Shown here: piece after piece, positions 26,689 to 41,495 of the stretch
How positions within the stretch are numbered: position 1 is the first letter of the stretch
How the letters are laid out: every line of letters starts with the position of its first letter
Origin: the human T2T-CHM13v2.0 reference genome, Homo sapiens
Direction: 5' to 3' (one strand)
Assembly (NCBI RefSeq): GCF_009914755.1
Contig: NC_060932.1
DNA length: 64,000 nt
Notes under the pieces: model-generated
The model's database searches: none
Seen by the model: the letters and a program-made list of their open reading frames with translations, nothing else
What the model was told of the DNA's origin: nothing
Program-made: the position numbers and the translations under genes

Positions 26689-28446
26689 CTAATTAACATA
26701 TGCACCAAAGGAAAATCTTTTAACGTTCTATCACGTACTATAAGATTTGCTGATAATTTTATGTTGATGTTTTATCAAATTAAAGGAGTTTCTTTCTATT
26801 TCTAGCTACAAAGGAGATATATAATGAATGTCACCTAATGCTTTTTCTGCATCAACCAAGATGATCATTTAATTTCTTCTTTAGCAGGTAAATGTAGCAA
26901 ATCACATTAATTTATTTTCAATAAATGTATTTTTATTTAACACTTGCTAAATACATTTTTTTTTCAGGTTCCAGACTTAAACAATTAACTGCAGCAGGAA
27001 AGAGCAGAACATGGGTGGATGGGACCTGAAATATACCTACTCAAAATGACAAGCAGGGTTTTGAAACTTCTCTCCCACTCTAAGTGCTGAAAGGAGGCTG
27101 TAGTTGAGTTGGGATTCAAGTGGTCTGAAAACAGGTTGCCATCCTGGAAGCACTTTTCACTGGGGTCAGGGGGCTCCAAGACCAAGTGCTGGGGAATCCT
27201 AATGGACAGATAACATCAAGGACGAAGGTCCTCAGCAGGTTCAGAACCCTTAAAAGTGCTGGATCAGGACACCAGTCGGGATACGTGGGTTGGGGCAGGA
27301 GGAAGAGAATTGACAGGAACAAGGCAGAGACCCAGTCCAAAACTGGGACAGCAGCATGAACTTGTGACCAACACTGGAACCACAGTAAAATGTGAGCTAT
27401 TAGAAGAGAACACTACATCAGAATCTGAAAAATAGTAAAAGTGACCCAGAGAGATGTAATTGGAACTACTTAAATCTTTTATCTCACATGAGGATTGATT
27501 TTAGGAGCTGGAAGTAGGGCTGTACCTGCAAAGACAGATCAAGTAGCACCAGGTGGGGGAATGTGAAGGCAGTTGGGGATTGAGATAGACTGGGCTGCCT
27601 GAAAAACTTAAAATCCCTAGAAAAGGAGGCCTGGACATGGTTTGAAGCTCAGACCTGGAAAATATAAGAGAGAGAGAAGTAGCATGAGTTTGGTCACATG
27701 AGCCTAACCCAACTCTTTCCAGAGGAAGCTGATTCATTCAAAGCCCAGTGCTACAGAAGACCATTTCCCTCGATACACTATGAAATGAGAACATGTCCCT
27801 TGCACACCAGGGAATCCACCTGGCTCATGGTAGACTTAGTACATGTTTGTTGAATTCTTGAACTAGCTGGAGTGCCCTGGACACATTTCTTTTTTTCTCT
27901 TCACTCCTCAATTTCTTCCTCTACCAAATGAGGGGGTTAGGCTAGATCAACTCTAAGATCTCCGTTAACTTTGTCCTCCTTCATTCCTAGTGCTTTGCAT
28001 TCTTTCAGGCCTTCATCACTGCTCACTTTTGCAGATCTCCTAGCTGGGACCCCTGCTTTCTGCCTTGCCCACCCCACACTGCTGTCTGAGCTCTCTCTAA
28101 CATCTTAATCTATGTTACTCCTTTCCTAAAACCATTCAAACACCAGCCTCTGTGGCCAAAAGTCAAACTTCTGAACCTGCCACAAAAGGCCCTACATGTG
28201 CCAGCCTCTGCAGTCCTCTCTTCTGTCCAGTGACTTACCTCACATGGCACCCCCGCCCTTGAGCCATCTTGAACAACTTAGAGTTCTTCAGATGTCTCTA
28301 TTGACCGTTATTGTTCTATAAAATGGGGATATTTACAAAGCTGTCATGAAAAGCAAATAAGAAATGTGGAAACAAATTCTAAATGATCTATTTAGATAAC
28401 TAATTACCTAATAACATCTCAAATGTTAAGACTGATGGATCCTGAG

Positions 28447-28838
28447 TGTGTTAAGTCAGCTTGGGCTGCTAAAACAAAATCCCACAGACTGGGTGGCCTG
28501 AACAAAAGACATTTATTTCCCACAGTTCTGGATGCTGGAAAGTCCAAGATCAAGGTACTGGCAGGTTTGATGTCTGGTGAGAACTCACTTCCAAGCTTGT
28601 GCACAGCCATCTTTATGCAGCACGCTCACATAGCAGAGAGGGAGGGCATGCATGTGAGCCAGCATGCATGTCTTCTGGTGTTTCTTCTTATAATCCGATT
28701 ATAAGGGCCCCGCCCTCAGGACTTCATCTAAGCCCAAGTACCTCCACAAGGCCCCATCTCCAAATACCATCACACAGGAGGTTAGGGCTTTAACAGATGA
28801 ATTTGGGGGTGGGGGAAGATATAATTCAGCCCATAACA
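28447..28838 (-). mobile_element. MLT1A-type MaLR solo LTR
   Basis: TG...ACA termini; perfect TSD CTGAG at 28442-28446 and 28839-28843. Confidence 0.9.
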
Positions 28839-28967
28839 CTGAGCAAAGGGATTATGGTTGATAGTGACTTTTGGTGTCCAGTGTCCTGCTCCAGTAGAGC
28901 ACCTATGGTATCAGGAAGTTCATGTTCAAAACAAGGTATTCTCTGTGTAAAAAACTACCTATTTTTT

Positions 28968-29125
28968 CAGGAGGCTGAGGTGGGAGGATCGCCTGAGTCC
29001 AGATGTTCGAGGTTACAATGAGGTGTGATCGCACCACTGCACTCCAACCTGGGCTACAGAGTGAGTCCCTGTCTCTAAAAAAAACAACACAAAACCAACG
29101 AACCTACCAACAACAACAACAACAA
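28968..29125 (+). mobile_element. 5'-truncated AluJ right arm with (CAA)n tail
   Basis: 'caggaggctgaggtgggaggatcgcctgag...ccctgtctct'. Confidence 0.85.
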
Positions 29126-29329
29126 ACCTATCTATTTTGTGGGGGGCAGAGGGAGGGTGGTAGGAATAGAAGAGAAAGTTGAGGATTGTTGGGAAATTAG
29201 GAGGGAGAGACAGGCAAAAGCCAATTCATGGAGGGGTCCTGTATTTACCAAAAAAAGGTGAATTATAACTCATGAATGACTAGGATCATGAGGAAACAGG
29301 TTCACTGACACACTCGCACATGACTGGCT

Positions 29330-29760
29330 GTTAGCTTTAAGAGGTATTTAAATTCTCCCCCTAATGATCTTACTTTTGGGAATTTATCCTAAGAAAATAA
29401 TCCAAAAGATCAGGAGAGGTATGTGTCCAAAGATATTTATTACATTATTTATGATGATAAAAACTGGAAGTAACTCATAGTGGAATAGTTAAGTAGTTAT
29501 TAGCTAAAGAGTTTCTGAATGAACCAATAAATGCTTGTTGAGTATAAAGTAAAAATGAGAACAGTGAAGTCCAGGTTCACAGAATGGAAAAATCTATGAA
29601 GTAAAATAAACAAAATATTAAATTATAGCTATATAACACTGCAACTATATAAATACAGTGAAAAAACAGACAACACTAGAAGTAAATATAGATTAAAATG
29701 ACAACAGACTATTTGTTACGGTGGCGTAATTATGTGCCACTAAGATATTATGCTTAAAAA
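29330..29760 (+). mobile_element. L1ME 3' fragment
   Basis: 'ttttgggaatttatcctaagaaaataatc', 'caaagatatttat'. Confidence 0.65.
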
Positions 29761-30942
29761 GACACTGCCTTTTTGAAAATGAAAAAACAACCAGTCCCGC
29801 ACAAGGTAATCTGGCTGGCCTGTCTGCAGCACAGCCTCACAAAGTAGCCTTTGTTTGTCCCAGCCTGAATCAACACTTGGCTTTCAGTAACACAAGTGAA
29901 TTGATGAAATATTTGGGGTCAATATAGTGGAAAGAAGTATTTGTTTTATAATGAAGCCCAGAACAATGGTGACTGGGGAAGCAGGGTGAAAAAGGAAGAG
30001 GATTTAAACTGCTAAATGAACTACACGCTCCAGGCCAAAGCATCCATTATCGCCTACAGGCAGGATGAGAAACAGAGTCCTTGTGAATAAATAAACCAAA
30101 GGGAACCTAAACCATCAGATGATGCCCGAGCAGAACTATGTTTACCCTCACTTAGAACAAATACTGAGGAGAAAGAGAAGCAGATATTTGGCAACAGTTA
30201 TGACATTACTGGATTTATAGCTCATCTAGTAATAAGTTTCCTCAAAGGAGAGTTGTCAAATTTCAGAGCTGGATAAGGGGACCAAGGTCAAAAGGGGTAG
30301 GTGATTAGGCCAAGGTCGTCCAGTCAGTATACAGCATGGGAATATAAACATGGGCTGCCGGTCACACAGACTGCATGTCCAACTCCAGGACTGCCCCTTC
30401 CCAGCTATGTCTTAATCAAGCATTCCCTCAAACAGATATTAAGACAACGTGTGTCTCAAACAAGTCACTCAGTCTTGCCTGCCGTCAATTTTCTCACCTG
30501 TAAAATAGTAGGAGGCCTCTGCTGTGGTCCTCTGTGGCTGTCCACCCACCTCACCCTTCTTCAAAACACCCAGAAGAGCCACCTGTCACCAACCCTTAGC
30601 CCATGGGCTCTGAATAGGCCCTGAGCCCAAGAGCACATCATATTCTCAGGGACTTGGGTGCTGGGTCAGGAAGGATGTGGGACCCGATGAGAGGTGCTGA
30701 GGGGTGAGATCTCGGCAATGACAAAGGATGCAGCAAGTCCTCTTCGCCAATGGCTTCAGCTGCCATGACCTCCATCTTGGCCAACACACGCAGTCAAAGA
30801 ACAGAGCCAAGAGATGGGAGATGGAGAAAGCGGGTCTCGGAGATAGGGCAAAAATCGCAGAACCAAGTTATTCCTGAAGCCAGCCTTACCTTTTTGGTTG
30901 TTGAGCCAATATATTCCTTTTTTTCTGTTGGTGTTTGTTTTA

Positions 30943-31375
<433 letters not shown>

Positions 31376-31389
31376 TTCTTTTTGGCTTA

Positions 31390-31824
<435 letters not shown>

Positions 31825-32594
31825 CTAGCACCTGGCACATGGTAATTGTTCAACAAATGTTGACTTCACTTTCTTCTCTGTCTTCCTTACTGGGATTCCA
31901 TCTCTTTTTTCTTCACTTCTTCTTTCATCACCAAGTTTCCTCCTTCCTGTAGGGCTCTTTCCCTACCAGTCCTCTTTTCCTGGAAGCACAGAGATAAGCA
32001 GCTTTCTCTGCCTCCTTGTAAAACTCTGCCAGCTAAGACTCTGGCATAAGCCTCAGTGAGCTCTGCTCTAGACCTCAACATCCCCCCTGCACATTTCTTT
32101 GAAATCAGACCCCATTAATCAGAACTCCTCACACTTATACAATATTTTACCATGGGCCCTCACCTCCAGATTCTCATTTGGTTTGACTTTAGCCACGTGC
32201 AGAGGCAGGGCAAGGTGTTCTTGTGATCGTGACCATGACTGAGATGAGGAATGAAACGTTCAGGAACGGGACATTACTTGAACACAGTCACGGAGTGAGT
32301 AAGTCTGGGAACTGGGACACAAACACAGGTCCCAGGGCCAAACTCACTGCCCTCCCCGTTCTCCAGCACGGTGCTGTTTCCTTCATTTAGAGTGAAACGC
32401 TCATGTGCAGTGGATGCTGTGGTGCTCCACCTCCAATCCCTCTTCAGGTCCGGTGCCCTGTCCTCCAGATGCTGGGCACACTGCCTGCCGATTTTCACAG
32501 CTGCACCCCTCTCTGGGAACTGTGGTCAGTGGCAGGGGCTGCCCCACCTACAGTTCTGCTTCCTCCTAAGGGGCAGCTCACGGCCAGTGACTGA

Positions 32595-33291
<697 letters not shown>

Positions 33292-33298
33292 TAAGGCA

Positions 33299-33595
33299 GT
33301 TGGTAAGAGAAGTGATCCTAGGAAGCACACTCTAAAATGGGATTTTAGGGATGAACTACTTGCTGGCCAGCTGGCATGGAAGATTCCACCACTTGTGGTG
33401 GGTGGGGTATTGGCAATGTCCCGCTGTCACTGGCAGTGAATTGGGATGGGACACTGGTGACAGGGGACATGCTCCTGTCTCCTGGTATACTTCCGGCACT
33501 AGAGAAGAATGGTACCTAAAAAGACAATGGAATTGAGGGCTTTTGCAGGGTACCAATGATTTGATGGAAAGAGATAAAAACAGACTCAGGATAAG
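33299..33595 (+). pseudogene. ERVL internal 5' region (PBS + disrupted gag start)
   Basis: 'gttggtaagagaagtgatcctaggaagca' directly after the LTR; ATGGGATTTTAG gag start with in-frame stops; 'aaagacaatggaattg'. Confidence 0.65.
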
Positions 33596-33599
33596 TGGC

Positions 33600-33890
33600 A
33601 GACATCCCATCCTGTTTTGCTGGGGTGAATTGTAGCAGATATGTCCTGGGGCTGGAGCTGCCAGTGGCAGTGGCTGCCTCCTGGTGATGCTGGTTTCTCT
33701 CCCTAGTACAGTCATGGTCCCGAGGGGACCAGAGAGGGGAACAGCTCTCTTGGCAATTCAGATCGGCATTGTGGCTTTGGTTATTGTGCCTGCAAGCTCA
33801 ACAGAGATCGATTTCTTCAACCCTTTCAATGATTCTGCAACTGACTGCTGATCAATCTGAAGTCAAATCTTCTGATTTCAAAACCTATAT
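33600..33890 (+). mobile_element. Old ERVL LTR fragment (LTR33/LTR41-like)
   Basis: 'ttcttcaaccctttcaatgattctg' region; family uncertain. Confidence 0.35.
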
Positions 33891-34234
33891 TCTGTCCTCA
33901 ACACCATGTGATGACTAGCAGACTTGAGATTCCACGAACTCAAATGAACTAAATCAAGAGAAGGAAAAAGTATTGAAGTTGCAAGGATAAATGAGTTCAG
34001 TTTTAGACATAGGAGCTTGATGTACTAGTAAGACAGCCTGAGACCATCCAGCAGAAATGTGAGGGGGATTGGCTCTTATTAGCCTGGGGCTAGGAATGTA
34101 GATTTGGAGTTCTTTGCTAGAAAGCATGATCCTGGGTATGATCACCCAGGATGAGTGCAGGAAGAGACCAGGACTACAGGTAAGAAAAAAGATACAGTGG
34201 AAAAAAACAAAACAAAACAAAACAAAACAGTCAT

Positions 34235-34330
34235 TTGGGAATAAAACACTTGGGTTCAACTCTCCACTTTACCTCCTACTAGCTGTGTGATGTTGGGCAA
34301 ATTACTTAACCTCTCTGTGCTTAGTTTAAG
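34235..34330 (+). mobile_element. MIR
   Basis: 'ctagctgtgtgatgttgggcaaattacttaacctctctgtgcttagttt'. Confidence 0.85.
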
Positions 34331-34339
34331 AGTCAGCAC

Positions 34340-34945
34340 TAAGCATCTTGCTTTACTGGCTCCAATCTTTGGTTCTGTTTTGGGGAAGGTAGAGGAGGCT
34401 TATTGCCTAAGCTTGTTGTCCCTAGGCTTGTTGCCTCATGTTTGCAAAATGGCTTTTCATGGCCCTGGCCATTGTGTCTACATATAACCATGTTCAAGAC
34501 AGAAAGAAAAGAAAGACATGGAATGGAAAAGCTGGTTTTCCTCCTACTAGGAGACAACTTGTCTCTGGCAACTTATCAGCGAATGTGTTCTTATATCTCA
34601 TTGGCCAGGGTTGGGTTACAAGACCACCCTTTGTTGCATGGGAGTGCTGGGAGAGCAAATGTTCCATCAAGGATTCCTTTGACTGATACTGATCATGATC
34701 CATCCTGATCCGTGGCACATCACTGCCCCAAATAAAAGCATGATGTGGTGGTCCACCTCAAGGTGGGTGCTCCACCTCAGGGAACCAGTGATGTGGTGCT
34801 CCACCTTTGGGGCAATGATGTGCCATGAATCATGATGGATCCAGGATCCATGATCCACAGCCCATCACTGCCCCAAATAAAAGCAGTCATGTTAGCAAGG
34901 GAGAAGGGACTGACTATTGGAGTGACAAACAGCATTGTCTATCAA
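34340..34945 (-). mobile_element. Old MLT1 LTR containing a local rearrangement
   Basis: 'cttatatctcattggccagggttgggttaca', 'catcactgccccaaataaaa'. Confidence 0.6.
34697..34885. repeat. Complex direct + inverted micro-duplication
   Basis: 36-bp inverted pair 34697-34732 / 34806-34841 (4 mismatches); 23-bp exact direct pair 34718-34740 / 34863-34885; three GGT(G/C)TCCACCT-type units in between. Confidence 0.9.
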
Positions 34946-35576
34946 AACTCATGAAAGTCTTTCTTTAGGGAAAGGTATAAATTTTGAATGCTAGAATTCA
35001 GACACGAGGCAGGACTCATCAATAGAGGAGATGGCTTTACCAATGCTATATATTTGTATAGCACTATAAAGTTTATGAAAACTTACACAGGTTCTTATTT
35101 GACCCTCACAACGGACCTGGGAGGTAAGTCGAATTTTCATTTTGCAGATCCAGCAAGAGGGACTCAGAAATCATTAAGTGAGAGAAGGGTCAGGCCTCAT
35201 TCTGGGCCAACATTCTTCCTACTGAGCCAGGTAGATTTGGGACCCCCATGAATAGGCAGCTACCTTGATGTAAATCCCAGGTTACCTCTTCTTCCACCAC
35301 TGAAAGGCCTGGAACCCCAAGATTCCTATTATCTGGGACATCAAAATTCTGAACAGTAGTAAATTGCCAATTCAATATTGATAGTTTATAGCAAATCAAA
35401 CCTTTGGTGGAGGGAGGATGGTGGTATTGAAAGAGAGTTGTGGTTTAGTATATGACCATAGGCAAAGAACATAATTATTCATTTAGGAAAAAAAAAATCA
35501 AGAAACAAACTGAAGAGTTTCAGGAAACTCTACAACTGAATTCATACTTAGAATTGAATTTTTAAAATAACTTCCC

Positions 35577-36207
<631 letters not shown>

Positions 36208-36539
36208 TTATAAGCAATGCAAAATGCTAAAGAACATCCATAGGGAAGAAAGTCAGAACCAGACCATTGATTTGGTAAACACAACAATTCTATTGGCAGG
36301 CCCAGATTACAAGGGATTAGAATGAGAGAGGACCACACTTACCTCATTTCTATCTGTTCTCTGTTGGAGAATCACTCAGGAATCACCCAGAAGACTAGAT
36401 AAAATTGTCAGTCCTCTCCCATATATTGGAGAAGTTGCAGGAGTGGCGGGTGAGTGGGGGTGTGAGTGTGCAGATTTCTCAAGTACCCACAATGTGCAAA
36501 GCAGTACTAAATGCTGGGAGGAATAAAGGTGTGAATGAA

Positions 36540-37290
36540 AGTATCCATTCATTGATTTATTCAGTAACTATTCATTAACAAACATTTATTGAGATGTTTT
36601 ATGTGTGCAGCATTGGGCTAGGTTCCAGGGATACTTTTCAAAAAGCAGTCTAATTGGTGAAGGAAGGAGGGGGATGGGATTACAATGAGAACATACGAGA
36701 ATTTTAAATAAACATCTGCTCAAAGTTACAAGACAGGTGCTAACTGCTGTAAATACTAAGGGGAAAAATTCCAGCTGGATCTGGGATCCAGGAGAGGCTT
36801 CTTTCCTAAGTAAGCTGGGAATTGAGCTTGGTCTTAAAGGATGGTTAGGATTTTGATAGTATGGATGAGCAGACACCGGAAGGGATCACATGTTATAGTC
36901 TTTCCTGGTCTTTTATCTTAGAGGAGACAAACTGCCTATAGCAGATGTCAACAATGCACACAACTCTCCATAGTGAGACAAAGAGCCTGGTATGTACAGA
37001 AAGCCCTGCTGATTGGTGTTTCTCAAGCTCAAATCATTGTACTTTATCCTTTCCACTCCACAAATATCTATTGAGCCCCTACTGTGGGCTGAGCACTGCA
37101 TGAGGCACTGAGGATACAACTATGAATGATACAGGCACAACCAAGACCTTCAAAGGACTGAGGGTATGATGGGAGGGAAGACAGAGCAAGCATTTGTGAT
37201 ACATGCATCTAGAGTTATGACAGTGGAAGAATGAGGGCTATGGAAGCACATAGTAGGGGAGCTTAGCCCAATCTGGATTTTCTGTGCAAT
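36540..37290 (-). mobile_element. L2 3' fragments (two)
   Basis: 'aacaaacatttattgag', 'caaatatctattgagcccctactgtg'. Confidence 0.7.
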
Positions 37291-37301
37291 AAATCACAAC
37301 A

Positions 37302-37612
<311 letters not shown>

Positions 37613-37614
37613 AA

Positions 37615-37707
37615 TCACAACAATAAGCACTTATTTTTCAACAATAAGTCACAACAATAACCACTTATTTTTCAACAATAAGTCACAACAATATGCACTT
37701 ATTTTTC
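37615..37707. repeat. 34-bp tandem repeat x~2.7 beginning at the Alu 3' TSD
   Basis: units start at 37615, 37649 and 37683 (TCACAACAATAAGCACTTATTTTTCAACAATAAG). Confidence 0.92.
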
Positions 37708-37860
37708 TCATTTATCAGCCCATGATCTTTTGGGGAGCTCCACTTCAGGTCGCAGGTTGGCTAAACTTGATTCAAGGTTCATATTAGGGCCAGATCCCCT
37801 CCTCATGTCTTCACATTTTTTCTGGACCAGCAGCTATTCAGTTCTCTCTCTCTTTCTCTC

Positions 37861-37894
<34 letters not shown>

Positions 37895-38120
37895 AATGTG
37901 TGCTTTCCACAGGACCACAAGAGGCCAAGCCAAACTTCTCAAATACGTTTAAGGCCTTTGTTTGTGGCCCATCTTACAACACTCCATTGGCCAAAGTAAG
38001 TCATGAGCTAAGTCCAACATCAAGTAGGTTGAGACATATGCTCCACCCTCTCTCATGTACAGCAAGGACCCAAATCAGAGGGGCAGTAAATAACTAGGAA
38101 CAATATCCAATCTACCACAT
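37700..38120 (-). mobile_element. Old MLT1 LTR (H/I/J-like)
   Basis: 'ccattggccaaagtaagtcatgag', 'aacaatatccaatctaccaca'. Confidence 0.6.
37861..37892. repeat. (TG)n microsatellite preceded by (CT)n
   Basis: read directly. Confidence 0.95.
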
Positions 38121-38149
38121 CATTCCTGGTCTCTACAAACCCCTCTTAA

Positions 38150-39620
38150 TTGTCACTCATTTCTTTGCACCTCTTTAAAACAAAATCTCTGTGACAGAAT
38201 TGTTTGTATCCACAGTGTCATTCATTCAGCACACTCTAAGCCATCTTTCTTTCCCAACCTCCAGCTGAAACTACTCTTGTCAAGGTTGCCAATGGTCAAA
38301 TCTCACCTTAGCCTACCTTTCAGGAGAATTTGACACTGTTGATCTCTTCATCCTTTTTGGTAGCCTTTCCTTGTTTGGCTTTCAGACACCATCATCTCCT
38401 GATTTTCCTGATTTCATTGGCCTCTTCTCAGTATTGTTTGCTAGTTTCTCTTTCTTTTTCTGACTTCTAAATGTTGAAGTGCTTTGGGATTTGGTCTTTG
38501 TGTGTCTTGCCATCTGTATCTTCACTTACAACCTGTAAACATGGATTATGTTCAAATTTATATCTTCAGATTCATCCTTTTCCATGCAACTTAGAAATAT
38601 ATCCAATTGCTTACCTGGCATCTTTATTCTTGGATGTCTAATAACCTTTTTGAACCTAACATGTCTAAAACAGAATACTTGCTCCCCTACCCATACCTCT
38701 CTACCCTTGAAAAACCTGCTTTTTCCCAGTCCTCCTCTGGTAAATGGCAGCATCATTTAGCCAAGTGGATAAATAGATAATGAATTACCCATTGCTCAGG
38801 TCAACATAGATCCTGAATGCAACTGCTGCTCAGCACTTCCTCCCCTGTCTAAGCCACCCCATCTCTTTATATGGACTACCACAACAGTCTCTTAACCAGT
38901 CTCCCTATTAGCACCTTTGGTCCCTACAATCTCATCAGAGTAATCTTTAAAAAATGTAAATCAGACTGAAAAGTCTTCTGCATTAGAAAGAAGAAATGTG
39001 AAGGGGCTTGTGATAGAAATAAAAATAATATCATCATAAAGTAAACAAATAAAAAATGTATATCAGATATAACGATGTCAATTCTCTTTCAAAATTCCTA
39101 ATGGTTTTCTATTTACCATCAACTATAAGGCCTTAACATAATCTGCATATCTCACTGAATTCACCTCCTGTTACACTTAATCCCTTTCACTCGGTTCCCC
39201 TACAATGTTCTTCTTGGAACAAGACAAGTTTATTACTACCTTCGAGCTTTTTTCTTGTTTCCTCTCATAATCTTTCTTCCTCCAGACTTTAGAATGGTTG
39301 CTCCCTCATTTCTTTTAGGTCTCAGCTCAAATCTTACCTTCTTAAAGACATACACTTGACCTCCCTAACTAAAAATTCAGCCTTCTTCATCTCTACTTCC
39401 TTACCGTGCCTTATTTTTTATAGCACTCATTCATTGATTGATTTACACATTTATTTATTCAGCCATTTGAATATAAGTTTGCTAGAATGTAGGCTCCTCA
39501 AGTACAGGAATTTTTATATACTCATTATTATATCCTCGTGCCTAGAACAGTGCCTGGCCCATAGAAGTTGCCTCCCTAAAGATTTGTTCAATAAATGCAT
39601 AAATACACGAATGAATGGTC
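38150..39620 (+). mobile_element. L2 (ORF2 remnant to 3' end)
   Basis: 'ctactcttgtcaaggttgccaatg', 'tttgacactgttgatc', 'cctagaacagtgcctggcccatag...atgaatgg'. Confidence 0.85.
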
Positions 39621-40945
39621 TTTGCCGCAACTATCCGAGTCAGGTATTATTCCTATTGGGTGACAGAAAACAGTGGCTTGGGAATGTCCAGCAGCTTGTC
39701 TAAGCTCTATAGTTAGATGATGGTCCTGTCTTTCCAGAATCTAAAAAGTCTGTCTGATTCTATTAAACCACACTTGGCCCAAGAGTTAGAAAATCAGGTT
39801 TCCTTTCCTGGATATTTAGAAAATTTTCCGTGTAACCTTGGACAAATTAGAAAACCTGCATTTTCTAAGCCTTGTTATACTGATCATGTATGTAACAGCA
39901 AGGGGTTTTCTAAAATCCCCAAGGCCCTTGCCAGCTCCATTATTTAAATAAATATAAAATAATTCACACTTACAAGATAATCATTGTTATAATATTTGTT
40001 GTCTGCCTTGGGGCAAAGAATGGCTGAGAAAATAATGAAGATGAAGACCCCACTGGTCTCACATTTACCCAGCAAAGTCCAGGTCAATCTTTCTTTTTCT
40101 TGCCAGGTAATTTCTGTATTTGCTAAGTAGCTGCTGCCCTTGTCCTTGCTAGTTCTCTCATCCTGGGTAAAACATGTAGCTCCTCTAGGCTTCAAATCTT
40201 TGTTTTGAAGGTTAAGTGGGATAATATACATAAGACAGAAGTTAAATTGCTTGTAGTTCTGCAAGTGTTATAATAAATCCTACCAATAAACAGATAAATT
40301 GGCTTGAATGGTTTTAAGTTTAATGATTGCTGTATGTAGCTCCTATACTGGAAATATTGCTTAACTATGCAAATACAGTAAATATAGGTTCCATGTGGTT
40401 TTCCTGGAAAATAAATTAGATAAACGTGTAAACTTTCACAGATTTATTAGAGACAATAGGAATACAAGCTTGAATGTGGCTCACTGATATAATAAATCAC
40501 TTCCCTCCATGAGCCACCATTCAAATCCATCTGATGTGCATCTTTTAATTTGAATATTCTTGAATAAGTCTATTGTTTTGTATGCATTTAAATGTACAGT
40601 ATTGTACTATACATCTAATTCTGCTTTTACTTTTTATCACCAGGCACTATGCTTATCAGTGGACTTTCCAAGTTGGAGGCCTCACTGTTGCTTCAAGTGT
40701 GGTATGGCAGCACCCATCTGCTGTGTCCATCTACACTTTATTATATATCTATGCACCTCATCAGGGAAGCACGGGAACCCGCAGGCACTGCTAGTAGGAA
40801 GGCAAGCTGGCCTGGCCATTCTGGAGAAGAACATGGCAGTATACTCAGTCACATTCCAGTCGCACAGCCTGTGATTTGGGTATGCATCATGGATAAATGT
40901 TCATTGTAGTGTTATTTAGGAAATCCAGGAGCTGGAGATGGAAAG

Positions 40946-41366
40946 CAATGTGCTTGAACTAGGTAGGATGTATACAGCTCAAATGGGCCAACTGTTAAAT
41001 TTTCAGGAATTTGGTGAGCTAGTTTTTATACCCCGTTATTATTTAAAATCAAATTATATAAACTTACCACTAAATAACATATATTTTTAAAAGTAATAAA
41101 TACTTAAAACACACTGCTTCCTAGTGCTTTCACTAGACTGAACCATCATCTTGGCTTCTGGGGTCACTGAGGCCTACTGTATCTCCCTGGTGGACATCCC
41201 ACCTCATGGTGTGCTGCTGCTGCCATTCTCTGCTGGTTCTGTGTTCAGGGATGTCCTGTTGGTAGCTTGAAAGAGGCCATGGTGGGAATAATTACACTAT
41301 GGAAATTAGCAAACCCTATTTTGGCTAACCCTGACAGCTAATTGTTAAACATTTACCAGTTCACTG
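40946..41366 (+). mobile_element. MER63B-like hAT element
   Basis: 'tgttaaattttcaggaatt', 'gttggtagcttgaaa..ggccatggtggga', 'ttgttaaacatttaccag'. Confidence 0.8.
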
Positions 41367-41374
41367 GAGACTAG

Positions 41375-41495
41375 TATTACTCCCCTTTACAAATGAGAAA
41401 AATGTGGCTCAGACAGCGTATGAAACTTGCCAAGAACCACACAACTTGTGACTGGTGCAAATTGGATTCAGACCCAAGCCTGTCTCAGACCTTGT
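41375..41495 (-). mobile_element. MIR
   Basis: 'ttttacaaatgagaaaaatgtggctcag'. Confidence 0.7.

Noticed and set aside
34741-34806. Repeat-spacer pattern resembling a CRISPR array
   Set aside because: Only three degenerate units with irregular short spacers, in mammalian DNA with no cas genes; better explained as a repair scar.
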